Assembly (NCBI GenBank): GCA_919901915.1
Contig: CAKKQB010000028.1
Span: 38,499-102,498 of the forward strand
Direction of reading: 5' to 3'
Length of the DNA stretch: 64,000 bases
Origin: Omnitrophica bacterium GWA2_41_15
GTDB taxonomy: Bacteria > Omnitrophota > Gorgyraeia > Gygaellales > Profunditerraquicolaceae
The notes under the pieces were generated by a model, which ran no database searches, had not been told where the DNA came from, and worked only from the letters and a program-made list of their open reading frames with translations. Shown here piece by piece: positions 52,742 through 61,319 of the stretch. The translations under genes were made by a program, and so were the position numbers. How positions within the stretch are numbered: position 1 is the stretch's first letter; each line of letters opens with the position of its first letter.

Positions 52742-54046
52742 GTGGTTCAAGAACCAGATTTAACCGAGTCAGCCGACGCGGTTGCCAAGGGCAGCCCCTT
52801 AGTAAACAAAGATCACCGTTTTCTTGCAAAAGATCAACCCGACTCTTCAGTGCTGGAAACAGATATCAAGGAGGATACTACCAACTCGCCGACGGCGGCT
52901 GAACTTGCCTCTTTGGCGGTGAGAATATCTAAAAGTAATCTAAAAGATGTTAATAACGCTTCTTTGAATATTATTCAAGCCAAGGTCAATCCTAATTTAA
53001 GGGGTGATTTTAAAATAGCAATTCCTGGGGCGATAGTAGATAATACCCCAAAACCTGATAAGAAAATAGACAGTTCAAATAGCATAGAGAATAAAATTTT
53101 AGATTACATAACAAGGCATAGAGTAGACCCCTATGAACTTATTATGAAAAAATTTGAAGAAGGTTACCAAGTTATTACCTTAGGAGAAACGCATCATTGC
53201 AAAAAAATGCAAACCTTCTTCCTTTCTTTAATTAAAAGGTTAAAACAATCTCAGGATAATAATGTAATAATAGCCATGGAAGATGGTAATTCTAAATACC
53301 AACCGTATATTGAAAGCTTATTCTAGAGTTTAAAAGATGTAAAACCGGAGGCCCGAATTGAACATATTAACCAAGTATTATTTGATGCAACTAAAAAATT
53401 AGGAGATATAAATCATGAAGGTGTAGGAATTAGCGGCGTAACTAACTTGCTTTGTGAAACAATAAAGATAGCCTTCGAAAATAATATCAAAGTAATCTGC
53501 GTAGATCCAAAAAGGCCGTTTACAAGACGTGATGAAGAAATGGCTAAAAATATCGGAAATATTATAGAAAAAAATCCTGGAATTAAAATTCTTTTTTATG
53601 GAGGAGCAAGTCATGCTGCAAATACGTCTTATATTCAGAAGGGTGGGTGGTATCGCGACGAAGATGATGTCGCCCTTTATACCTCTCTAGGTAAATATCT
53701 TAAGACCCGTTATTCTTCAAAAAAAACGTACACTATTATTTTATCGAGCGATAAAGACCTCTTTCCTTATTTTGATGGAGGATGGTTTAGCCGAACATTT
53801 AACTTACCTTCTAATAATCAAATAGAGAAAATGGTTTTTGCTTTAGATGGATTAAAAGAGACGATATTTTCTCAGGATCCTTGGTTGTTTACAGGCGAAG
53901 AGGATAAGTGGGAAAAAATGTATGAAGGAAATAATATGCCGAGTTGGACAAAATATAAGCGTAGCAAATACAATATGTTAGGAAATGCAGCAAATGGCCT
54001 TATCTTTTTAGGCGCAACTTATCCTACGGCAGACAAAAAAACCTGA
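52742..54046 (+). pseudogene. ChaN/Tiki (PF04187-like) family protein interrupted by an in-frame TAG at 53324-53326
   Basis: ORFs 52742..53326 and 53447..54046 share one frame and are open between them except for the single TAG. The upstream half carries ITLGETHH and the downstream half KILFYGGASHAAN, matching the two His motifs of ChaN/Tiki. Confidence 0.5.
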
Positions 54047-54085
54047 ATTGGTTCTTTAGCGCTAAAAACACAAGACCTGACACTT

Positions 54086-54430
54086 ATGGCCCATAATTCA
54101 GATACAGGTGGCATCGATCTCTCTCAAATCGAACTCACGCTTAAGGACGAAGCGTATATGTCAGGCCTTAACCCCGCTGACAGAAAAATCCTCTATGCAG
54201 CCAACGCGTTAAAAAAGGACTGGGAAAGCCTTTCACTGCTTTATGTCCATGAAATAATGCTACTTTTAAAAGACAACCTTGTCTCGGATATACAGAATAA
54301 AACCCTTTTCCTTGATATCCTCAACCAACTCAAAGTCAAGGAATTCCTTAACCCACAGGCCGTGCAATTCCTTAATCTCATCCAGTCCCAAAAGCCCCTT
54401 TCTGAGATAAAACTCGCGCTGTATAATTAA
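54086..54430 (+). CDS. Hypothetical protein
   Basis: 114-aa ORF in the island with no recognisable motifs. Confidence 0.3.
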   Translation: MAHNSDTGGIDLSQIELTLKDEAYMSGLNPADRKILYAANALKKDWESLSLLYVHEIMLLLKDNLVSDIQNKTLFLDILNQLKVKEFLNPQAVQFLNLIQSQKPLSEIKLALYN

Positions 54431-54459
54431 AATCGCAGCCAATCGCAACTGAATAATAT

Positions 54460-54490
54460 CTATCTAACAATTTTAAATTGTGGTATAATT
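54460..54490 (+). promoter_or_regulatory. Candidate extended -10 promoter and operator for mntA-hepT
   Basis: tgGTATAAT at 54481-54489 (TGn extended -10) is flanked by direct repeats taaattgt ... taaattgt. RBS aaggag lies 6 nt before the ATG at 54525. Confidence 0.4.
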
Positions 54491-54524
54491 AAATTGTTAA
54501 AAAAAAATGAGAAAGGAGCGTAGG

Positions 54525-54824
54525 ATGTTTACAAAGAGTGATATATTGAAAGTAATCCAAGAAAATACGGATGAAATCAAAACCTACGGTATTAAAAGAA
54601 TAGGAATTTTTGGTTCATTTGCTAGGGCCGCAGAGAAGGATAAAAGCGACATTGATGTACTTATTGAATTTAAGAAAGGCAAAAAAGCGTTTGACAATTA
54701 TATGGAGACTAAATTTCTTTTGGAAAAGATATTTCATCGCAGGGTTGATTTAGTAATAAAAGAGGCATTAAAGCCTGAAATTAAAAAAAATATACTTCGT
54801 GAGGTAGTATATGCGAGAATATAA
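54525..54824 (+). CDS. mntA: MntA-type minimal nucleotidyltransferase antitoxin
   Basis: GIFGSFARAAEKDKSDIDVLIEF matches the GS..G....D.D motif of pol-beta-like nucleotidyltransferases. It overlaps the hepT start. The first ATG with an RBS is at 54525; the ORF track starts at 54507. Confidence 0.8.
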   Translation: MFTKSDILKVIQENTDEIKTYGIKRIGIFGSFARAAEKDKSDIDVLIEFKKGKKAFDNYMETKFLLEKIFHRRVDLVIKEALKPEIKKNILREVVYARI

Positions 54825-55164
54825 TCTTTATTTAAACGATATCCTTAAGAGTATTAAGAAGATAGAGAGAGAGAGAGAGATATATATATATACAAAAGGG
54901 CTAACCTTAAAACAGGTAATGAAGAATGAATTAGTCGTTGATGGAGTTGCCAAGAATCTGGAGGTGATAGGTGAAGCGGTAAAAAATATTCCTTTCCAGA
55001 TAAAAGAAAAATATCCGAAGATTGAATGGAAGAAAATTGCCGGTTTAAGGGATATTTTAACCCACGAATATTTTAGTATAGATTTGGAAGTCTTATGGGA
55101 TATTACACAGAATAAATTACCTATTTTGAAAAAGCAGATTTTAACATTACTGCTTACGAAGTGA
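54811..55164 (+). CDS. hepT: HepT-type HEPN toxin (DUF86)
   Basis: R-x4-H-x-Y motif RDILTHEY near the C-terminus; 117 aa. It overlaps mntA by 14 nt. Confidence 0.8.
   Translation: MREYNLYLNDILKSIKKIEREREIYIYTKGLTLKQVMKNELVVDGVAKNLEVIGEAVKNIPFQIKEKYPKIEWKKIAGLRDILTHEYFSIDLEVLWDITQNKLPILKKQILTLLLTK
54874..54902. repeat. Dinucleotide repeat (AG)8(AT)6 inside hepT
   Basis: The run agagagagagagagagatatatatatata is read as EREREIYIY. Confidence 0.85.
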
Positions 55165-55483
55165 AATAAGGTAATTCTCGCGGCATTGGCCTCAACCAAC
55201 TCAAGGCCAATGCCTCTTTTTCAATATCAAGTAGATACAATCCGCCGCCAAACGCAGTCTCTAAAATCCTGAATTGTGGTTCAGTGCTAGAGCCAATGGA
55301 TAACGCCCGCATTTTCTGAAATAACGGCAGTTCTTTACTCAACGCCCTTATAACCTTGGTCAGTTCCTCTTCAATATCAACCTTGTCATTACTGTAGCGC
55401 GACCAGATTTTATCTTCATGGCTTAATTTTAAACAGCCGGTCCTAACACCTGCCTCAATTATTTTTTTATCGGAATAATTCAT
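55154..55483 (-). CDS. Hypothetical protein; possibly an N-terminal fragment of a SAM-dependent methyltransferase
   Basis: RALSIGSSTEPQFRILETAFGGGLYLLDIEKEAL weakly resembles methyltransferase motif I. The ORF ends exactly where the plus-strand island begins. Confidence 0.3.
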   Translation of the reverse strand: MNYSDKKIIEAGVRTGCLKLSHEDKIWSRYSNDKVDIEEELTKVIRALSKELPLFQKMRALSIGSSTEPQFRILETAFGGGLYLLDIEKEALALSWLRPMPRELPYFTS

Positions 55484-56759
55484 TTTTTATTAATTCAATT
55501 GCCCTTTTTGTTGACCCCTTATTTTTAAAAAGCGTTTCTCCTGCCTTGCGGCCTATTTCCTTAGCCTGCCCGGGATCAATAAGGAGCTCTTTTATTTTTT
55601 GCTTTAGAGCCTCAGGGCTATTTACCATAATTGCGGCATCATCAGTCAAGAATAAATCAGTGATACCGCGAAAATTAAAGACGTGAGGGCCGAAGAGGAT
55701 TGGTTTTTCTAGGGAAGCGGGTTCTAAAATATTATGCCCGCCCTTTTGGACAAGGCTGCCGCCCACAAAGACAATGTCTGCGATTGTATAGTAACTCATA
55801 AGTTCTCCTATGGTATCTAGAATAAAAACTGTTTGCCGGTTTGCCCATTCACCCGTTAACCCGTTAACCCGCTCACCCATTAACCCGCTCACCCTTAAAG
55901 AATTAAATTCATATTTCTTTATCACCCGCTCTATCTCTTTAGCTCTCTCCGGATGCCGCGGGGCAATAAGTAATCTTAAATAAGGAAACTCCGACGATAA
56001 TTCTTTATAAACACTTAATATTATTTTCTCCTCCCCCGGATGCGTACTTGCCGCCACAAAAAGCTTTTCACGTTTTTCTAACCCTAATTTTTGCTTATAA
56101 TCCGTGTCCTTCGTGAATTTTTTATCCGTATAATCCGTAGTATCAAACTTCAAATTTCCGCTCACTTTGATTTTTTCCCGCGCAACCCCTAAAGCCGCGA
56201 ATCTTTCCGCGTCAAGTTGAGTTTGAACGCAAAAGAGCGAAATTTTGGTTAAAATTGGCTTTAATAAAAATTTTATAACTGAATACCCCTTAAAAGAGCC
56301 ATCTGAAATCCTGCCATTAACGGTAACAATCGGAATCTTTCTTTTATGGAGGCAGGAAATAAGATTCGGCCAAATTTCGGTTTCTGCCAAGATAAATAAG
56401 GATGGATTTATTTTATTTATTACTATCCGGACTAAGAAACTTAAATCTAAGGGAAGATACGTTACAAAGTCAGTTTCTTGGGCAATACTCTTTGCAATTT
56501 TATTTCCCGTGGCAGTTACAGTTGAAATTACGAAATTTTTACCGGGATAAGCCCTTCTTAACTCCTCCAATAAACTCCTTATCGCCATTACCTCGCCCAC
56601 ACTTACCGCGTGTATCCAGATGGGCCTATCTAATTTCAATCCCCGCGGCAAAATTCCCAATCGCGCCAAAAACCCCTTATGAAACTTCCTTTTAAATAAA
56701 TATACGGGTAAATAAATAAGCGCGAAAATCAAAAATATTAAATCGTATATTATAAACAT
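55467..56759 (-). CDS. waaA: 3-deoxy-D-manno-octulosonic acid transferase with an in-frame repeat insertion
   Basis: WIHAVSVGEV signature and a GT-B C-terminal domain (FVGGSLV.KGGHN.LE). The insert GERVNGLTGEWANRQ is encoded by the heptamer repeat at 55833-55896. Confidence 0.85.
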   Translation of the reverse strand: MFIIYDLIFLIFALIYLPVYLFKRKFHKGFLARLGILPRGLKLDRPIWIHAVSVGEVMAIRSLLEELRRAYPGKNFVISTVTATGNKIAKSIAQETDFVTYLPLDLSFLVRIVINKINPSLFILAETEIWPNLISCLHKRKIPIVTVNGRISDGSFKGYSVIKFLLKPILTKISLFCVQTQLDAERFAALGVAREKIKVSGNLKFDTTDYTDKKFTKDTDYKQKLGLEKREKLFVAASTHPGEEKIILSVYKELSSEFPYLRLLIAPRHPERAKEIERVIKKYEFNSLRVSGLMGERVNGLTGEWANRQTVFILDTIGELMSYYTIADIVFVGGSLVQKGGHNILEPASLEKPILFGPHVFNFRGITDLFLTDDAAIMVNSPEALKQKIKELLIDPGQAKEIGRKAGETLFKNKGSTKRAIELIKNELFR

Positions 56760-56795
56760 ATCATTAGTGATTAGTGATTAGTGCCCCTTTAATCT

Positions 56796-57164
56796 TTAAC
56801 CACCATTCACCTTCTTTTTAAGTGAGCTTATTAAGGCATTTAACATCTTCTTAATTTCAAGCAGATCTTTTACTAATAAATTTAATTCTTTAGAAAAAAC
56901 AAACTTCAGATTACTGGATATAATCAACAAAGTTTCTATCTCGCCACAAGAAGCTAATGCGATATATAAAAACTGAATATATTCATTAGTATATCTTCGG
57001 GTGTAACCTTCAGATATATTTGCTGGCACAGAAACCGCGGCTCTTCTAATTTGACTCACTAATCCATATAATTCTTCTTTAGGAAATGGGATTGTTTCTT
57101 GATATATCTTAGTTACAAAATCTACTGCTTTTTGCCAAACAATTAATTCCTTAAAGTCTTTCAC
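56796..57164 (-). CDS. Four-helix-bundle protein (TIGR02436 / 23S rRNA intervening-sequence protein family, Avd-like)
   Basis: 122 aa with IVWQKA...RRAAVSVPANISEGY, typical of this family. Confidence 0.7.
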   Translation of the reverse strand: MKDFKELIVWQKAVDFVTKIYQETIPFPKEELYGLVSQIRRAAVSVPANISEGYTRRYTNEYIQFLYIALASCGEIETLLIISSNLKFVFSKELNLLVKDLLEIKKMLNALISSLKKKVNGG

Positions 57165-57205
57165 TTTTTCTCCCTAACCCTAATCCCTAATCACTAATCA
57201 CTATC

Positions 57206-58075
57206 TTAGGCCCGCGGATGCGCCTTATCATAAACGTTTTTCAATTTCTCGGTAGTGAGATGGATATAAATCTGCGTAGTTGAAAGGCTCGCGTGGCCCA
57301 GGAGCTCCTGAACCGTCCTCAAATCCGCTCCGCGATTTAATAGGTGTGTGGCAAAACTATGCCTAAAGGTATGCGCTGATACGCCTGATTTCACCCCGGC
57401 TATATGAATATATTTTCCCACGATATCCATCACGCCTCGGCTAGTTATGCGCTTCCCGTTTTTATTTAAAAATATAGCGGCTATCTGCTTCTTTTTTTTG
57501 TCCTGATATTTTCTTATTGCTGTTAAAGCAGTATCGCCAATAGGAACAAGGCGCTCTTTCTTGCCTTTTCCTAAAACCTTAATTGTTCCGCTGATAAAAT
57601 CAATATTCTCTAAATTTAACCCGACTAATTCCGAAATTCGCAATCCCGCGGAATAAAATGTCTCTAAGATTGCCCGATCGCGCAAGCCTAATAGATCTTT
57701 TTCACTTTTCGCGAAAGCGCCCTCAATTAATTTGGCTGTCTCCTCTTCAGTCATAAAAGATGGGAGGCGCTTTTCTTGCTTGGGACTTGAGATCGCGAGC
57801 ACAGGATTAACTTTTAAATAACCGTCGCGGGTCAAAAACCTAAAAAAACTGCGTAACGCGGAAAGCCTGCGATTAACCGTCCGTGACGAGAGATTTTTTT
57901 GTTTTAAAAACCCCAAGTACTTTCGCAAAATAAGGTAATCAATTTTTTCTAAATCAGTTTCGCCAATAAATTTCGCGAAATCTACCAGATCTAATTTATA
58001 ATTTAAGATTGTATGAGCTGAATAATTCTTTTCTATCTCTAAATAACGGGCAAATTTTTCAATATACTTTTCCAT
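57206..58075 (-). CDS. Tyrosine recombinase XerC/XerD family
   Basis: The catalytic R..H..R..Y tetrad is readable (ARDRAILE...HTFRHSFAT...GHASLSTTQIYIHL); 289 aa. Confidence 0.85.
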   Translation of the reverse strand: MEKYIEKFARYLEIEKNYSAHTILNYKLDLVDFAKFIGETDLEKIDYLILRKYLGFLKQKNLSSRTVNRRLSALRSFFRFLTRDGYLKVNPVLAISSPKQEKRLPSFMTEEETAKLIEGAFAKSEKDLLGLRDRAILETFYSAGLRISELVGLNLENIDFISGTIKVLGKGKKERLVPIGDTALTAIRKYQDKKKKQIAAIFLNKNGKRITSRGVMDIVGKYIHIAGVKSGVSAHTFRHSFATHLLNRGADLRTVQELLGHASLSTTQIYIHLTTEKLKNVYDKAHPRA

Positions 58076-60036
58076 TATTCCTTATCAGAGGGGAGGGTCT
58101 TTGAAATGAATCTGCATTTCGGGAAATTTGAGCAACCGTAAAAAAGGCCTCTTTTTGAATGGCGTTCAATCAACTCCCCGCCGCAATTTGGTTCAAGGCA
58201 TTTTACCCCTGAAGTAATGGATTTGGAATTCTTACAGTTAGGAAAATCAGAGCAACTTAAAAATTTCCCTCTTCTTCCCCATTTTATCACCATCGGTTTC
58301 GCGCATTGAACACAAATCTCTTCGGTTACAATAACCTCTTTTTTAATATTCGCCTGCGCGAAGTCAAGGCTCACTTTAAAAGGTTGGTAAAAATCTTCCA
58401 ACACCTTCAATTTATTGACGCGGCCATCCTCTATCCCGTCAAGCTCTTCCTCCATAAGCGCGGTAAATTTTAAATCCATAATTTTAGGGAAATACTCAAC
58501 CAAGAGGTCACAAACCTTAAATCCTAACTCAGTAGGAGTAAAGTAACCTTTAATTCTGCGCGCGTAATCGCGGTAAATTAATGTAGAGATTATAGGAGCA
58601 TACGTAGAAGGCCTGCCAATACCCTCCTCCTCTAATGCCTTAACCAAAGAGCTATCTGAAAATCTCGCTGGCGGCTTTGTAAAATGTTGCGACGGGATTA
58701 ATTTAAGCAAATCTAAAACCGAATCTTTTTGCAGTTCAGGAATTTTATTTTTTTCTTGAGCCTCGTCATTTTTATTATAAACAGCGCTAAACCCATTAAA
58801 GACAAGATCGCTTCCTGAAGCTGTAAATAAGTATTGATCCGCCATAATACTAACGGAAACTTGAAGATAACGGCTAGGGGTCATTTGACTGGAGACAAAA
58901 CGATTATAAATAATTTCATATAGTTCGTATTGATCAAGAGTTAAAAATTCCCTCAGGCTCTCAGCGGGCCTTGTGATTAAAGTAGGACGAATAGCTTCAT
59001 GCGCCTCTTGAGCAAGCTTCTTTACCTTATAGACATTGGGTGTTGGGGGCAAATAATCAACTCCAAAATTTTTAGTAATATAATCTCTTACTTCATTTAT
59101 TGCTTCCGGAGCTGCCCGAGGTGAATCAGTACGCATATAAGTAATTAAACCCACGGGATTATCATTGCCAATATCAATACCTTCATAAAGTTGCTGCGCG
59201 ATAATCATGGTTTTAACGGCATTAAACCTTAACTTATTAAATGCTTCCTGCTGTAAGGTACTCGTAATAAAAGGCGCTTCCGGAAAACGTTTCTTTTCTA
59301 TCTTTTTTATATCTTGAACCCGGAATTCTTTGCCCTTTATTTCTTCAACTAACCTGTCAGATTCTTCCTTATTTTTTATCTGCGCTTTTTCATCTCCTAT
59401 TTTTGCAAGCTTCGCCAAAAATGAGCCTTCAGCCTCGGGGCGCTTGAATTCCGCCTCCATCTCCCAATATTCCATAGAAATAAAGGCCTTAATCTGTTTT
59501 TCTCTTTCAATAATCAACCGCAAGGCTACTGATTGAACCCTGCCCGCGCTTAAACCTCGGGCTATTTTTTTCCAAAGCAAAGGGCTCAAAAAATAACCGA
59601 CAATCCTATCCAAAACTCTTCGGCCAATCTGCGCCTCAATCATTCCAAGATTAAAATCACGTGGTTTTTTAAACGCCTCAGCAACAGCGGAAGAAGTAAT
59701 TTCATGAAATTCAACGCGCAAAACCTCTTTATCTTTAAAAAGTTTCTCTTTAAGCTGCCAGCCAATCGCCTCGCCTTCCCTGTCAGGGTCAGTAGCAATG
59801 TATATTTTATCTTTGGCCTTGGCCTCCTTCTTAAGAGAACTTAACATCTTCTTTCTCGTGGAAATGGTTGTATATTCCGGCTTAAAACCATTCTCAACAT
59901 CTACACCAAGCTTTCTCCTGGGAAGATCGATTATGTGGCCCATAGAAGAAGTTACCAAAAATTCAGGGCCTAAAATCCTGCCTATCGTCTTTGCCTTGGT
60001 CGGAGATTCTACTATTACTAAACTTTTAGCTTTCAT
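58075..60036 (-). CDS. topA: DNA topoisomerase I
   Basis: TOPRIM start LVIVESPTKAKTI, the catalytic Tyr region, and C-terminal Cys4 zinc ribbons (CVQCAKPM...C...C). Confidence 0.85.
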   Translation of the reverse strand: MKAKSLVIVESPTKAKTIGRILGPEFLVTSSMGHIIDLPRRKLGVDVENGFKPEYTTISTRKKMLSSLKKEAKAKDKIYIATDPDREGEAIGWQLKEKLFKDKEVLRVEFHEITSSAVAEAFKKPRDFNLGMIEAQIGRRVLDRIVGYFLSPLLWKKIARGLSAGRVQSVALRLIIEREKQIKAFISMEYWEMEAEFKRPEAEGSFLAKLAKIGDEKAQIKNKEESDRLVEEIKGKEFRVQDIKKIEKKRFPEAPFITSTLQQEAFNKLRFNAVKTMIIAQQLYEGIDIGNDNPVGLITYMRTDSPRAAPEAINEVRDYITKNFGVDYLPPTPNVYKVKKLAQEAHEAIRPTLITRPAESLREFLTLDQYELYEIIYNRFVSSQMTPSRYLQVSVSIMADQYLFTASGSDLVFNGFSAVYNKNDEAQEKNKIPELQKDSVLDLLKLIPSQHFTKPPARFSDSSLVKALEEEGIGRPSTYAPIISTLIYRDYARRIKGYFTPTELGFKVCDLLVEYFPKIMDLKFTALMEEELDGIEDGRVNKLKVLEDFYQPFKVSLDFAQANIKKEVIVTEEICVQCAKPMVIKWGRRGKFLSCSDFPNCKNSKSITSGVKCLEPNCGGELIERHSKRGLFYGCSNFPKCRFISKTLPSDKE

Positions 60037-60158
60037 TTTAATTCAACGGGTTAAATAATAATTCTATTATTTGGGCGGTTCACGGACCGCCCCTACAAAA
60101 AAATGGTGTCAGAACTCCCTATCCCTGCTATGGTTTGGGTTCAATTATAAGTTATAAA

Positions 60159-61319
60159 TTATAAGCTTTTTGGCTTATAACTTACAAAATGTTTCCCCGG
60201 AACCTGTTTGATTAGCCTTTTCATTTGCAACTTTAAAAGTATATCAGAAATCCTTGAAACATCCATATTTGTTTTTTTCACGAGCTCATCTAATTGAATC
60301 TTTTCTTCTGACATCAAAGCAAAAACACGGTTTTCTTCTTTATCAAGCGTTATGACTTCATCCCCGCGGGATTCACCACTTGCAACGCGATCTCCCCCAT
60401 CTGCTTCATGGCTTTTCCGCTCCCTTATCTCATGCCAGCCCCTCCTGATCATTAAAGGCAGGAGCTCTTCCAAAATATCATCTACGCAAGAAATCAACTT
60501 CGCGCCTTGCTTAATTAAATTATTCGTGCCAAAAGATGTTTCAGAATCAACTTTGCCAGGCATCGCGAAAACTTCCCTGCCCTGCTCCAAAGCAAAATCC
60601 GCGGTTATAAGCGCGCCACTATTTTTTGCCGCCTCTGCCACCAAAAGGCCTAAAGACAAACCGCTGATAAGACGGTTTCTTCGCGGAAAATTTTGTTTCT
60701 CCGGCATAGTATTTACTGGAAATTCTGAAATAACCGCGCCATTTCTAGATATCTCTTCGGATAATTCCCTGTTTTCAGGCGGATAAATATGATTGAATCC
60801 ACTCCCCATTACCGCGATAGTGCGGCCTTTCTGCTTTAACGCGCCACGATGGCTGTAAGTATCAATGCCGCGCGCCATACCTGAAACAATGGTAAACCCT
60901 TTAGCTGATAATTGAAAGGCAAACTTTTGGGCATTCATCAAGCCATAAATAGAAGCCCGGCGCGAGCCAACAAGGCCTATGCTAAATTTATCCTCTTCTT
61001 TTAAATTTCCCTTAACATAAAGCGCGATTGGCGGGTCATAAATATCTTTAAGATTTTGCGGGTATTCAAGATCATCCCGCGTAATAATTTTTAAGCCGAA
61101 TTTCTTAGCCAAACCCAGCTCTTTATCAAGGGTATCACTCTTAAATGAGTTAATTTTAGCGGCTATTTTTTTTCCGATACCCGAAACTCCCATCAATTTT
61201 TCACAAGAAGCCTTTAAAATATCTTGCGGCTTATCAAAAAATTCCAACAGTTTTTTTAAACGGACACCTCCAATATCACCGATCAAATTCAAACTAACCA
61301 ACGCCTCGAACTTCGTCAT
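60159..61319 (-). CDS. dprA: DNA processing protein DprA (Smf)
   Basis: Rossmann-like DprA core (IVSGMARGIDTYSHRGAL...GSGFNHIYPPEN) and a C-terminal winged-helix domain. Confidence 0.85.
   Translation of the reverse strand: MTKFEALVSLNLIGDIGGVRLKKLLEFFDKPQDILKASCEKLMGVSGIGKKIAAKINSFKSDTLDKELGLAKKFGLKIITRDDLEYPQNLKDIYDPPIALYVKGNLKEEDKFSIGLVGSRRASIYGLMNAQKFAFQLSAKGFTIVSGMARGIDTYSHRGALKQKGRTIAVMGSGFNHIYPPENRELSEEISRNGAVISEFPVNTMPEKQNFPRRNRLISGLSLGLLVAEAAKNSGALITADFALEQGREVFAMPGKVDSETSFGTNNLIKQGAKLISCVDDILEELLPLMIRRGWHEIRERKSHEADGGDRVASGESRGDEVITLDKEENRVFALMSEEKIQLDELVKKTNMDVSRISDILLKLQMKRLIKQVPGKHFVSYKPKSL

Noticed and set aside
53324-53326. TAG stop-codon reassignment, or pyrrolysine
   Set aside because: TAG is a real terminator elsewhere in the window: ORF 676..3123 ends ...GCNS-TAG. 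No pyl genes are seen. A single occurrence fits a nonsense lesion or sequencing error better.
56796-57164. Diversity-generating retroelement
   Set aside because: Only the Avd-like four-helix-bundle gene is present. There is no reverse transcriptase and I found no template/variable repeat pair.
60084-60103. Hairpin gggcggttcacggaccgccc as a terminator for topA or dprA
   Set aside because: On the plus strand it is followed by an A-run and on the minus strand it is preceded by a T-run, so neither orientation gives a stem followed by a U-tract.
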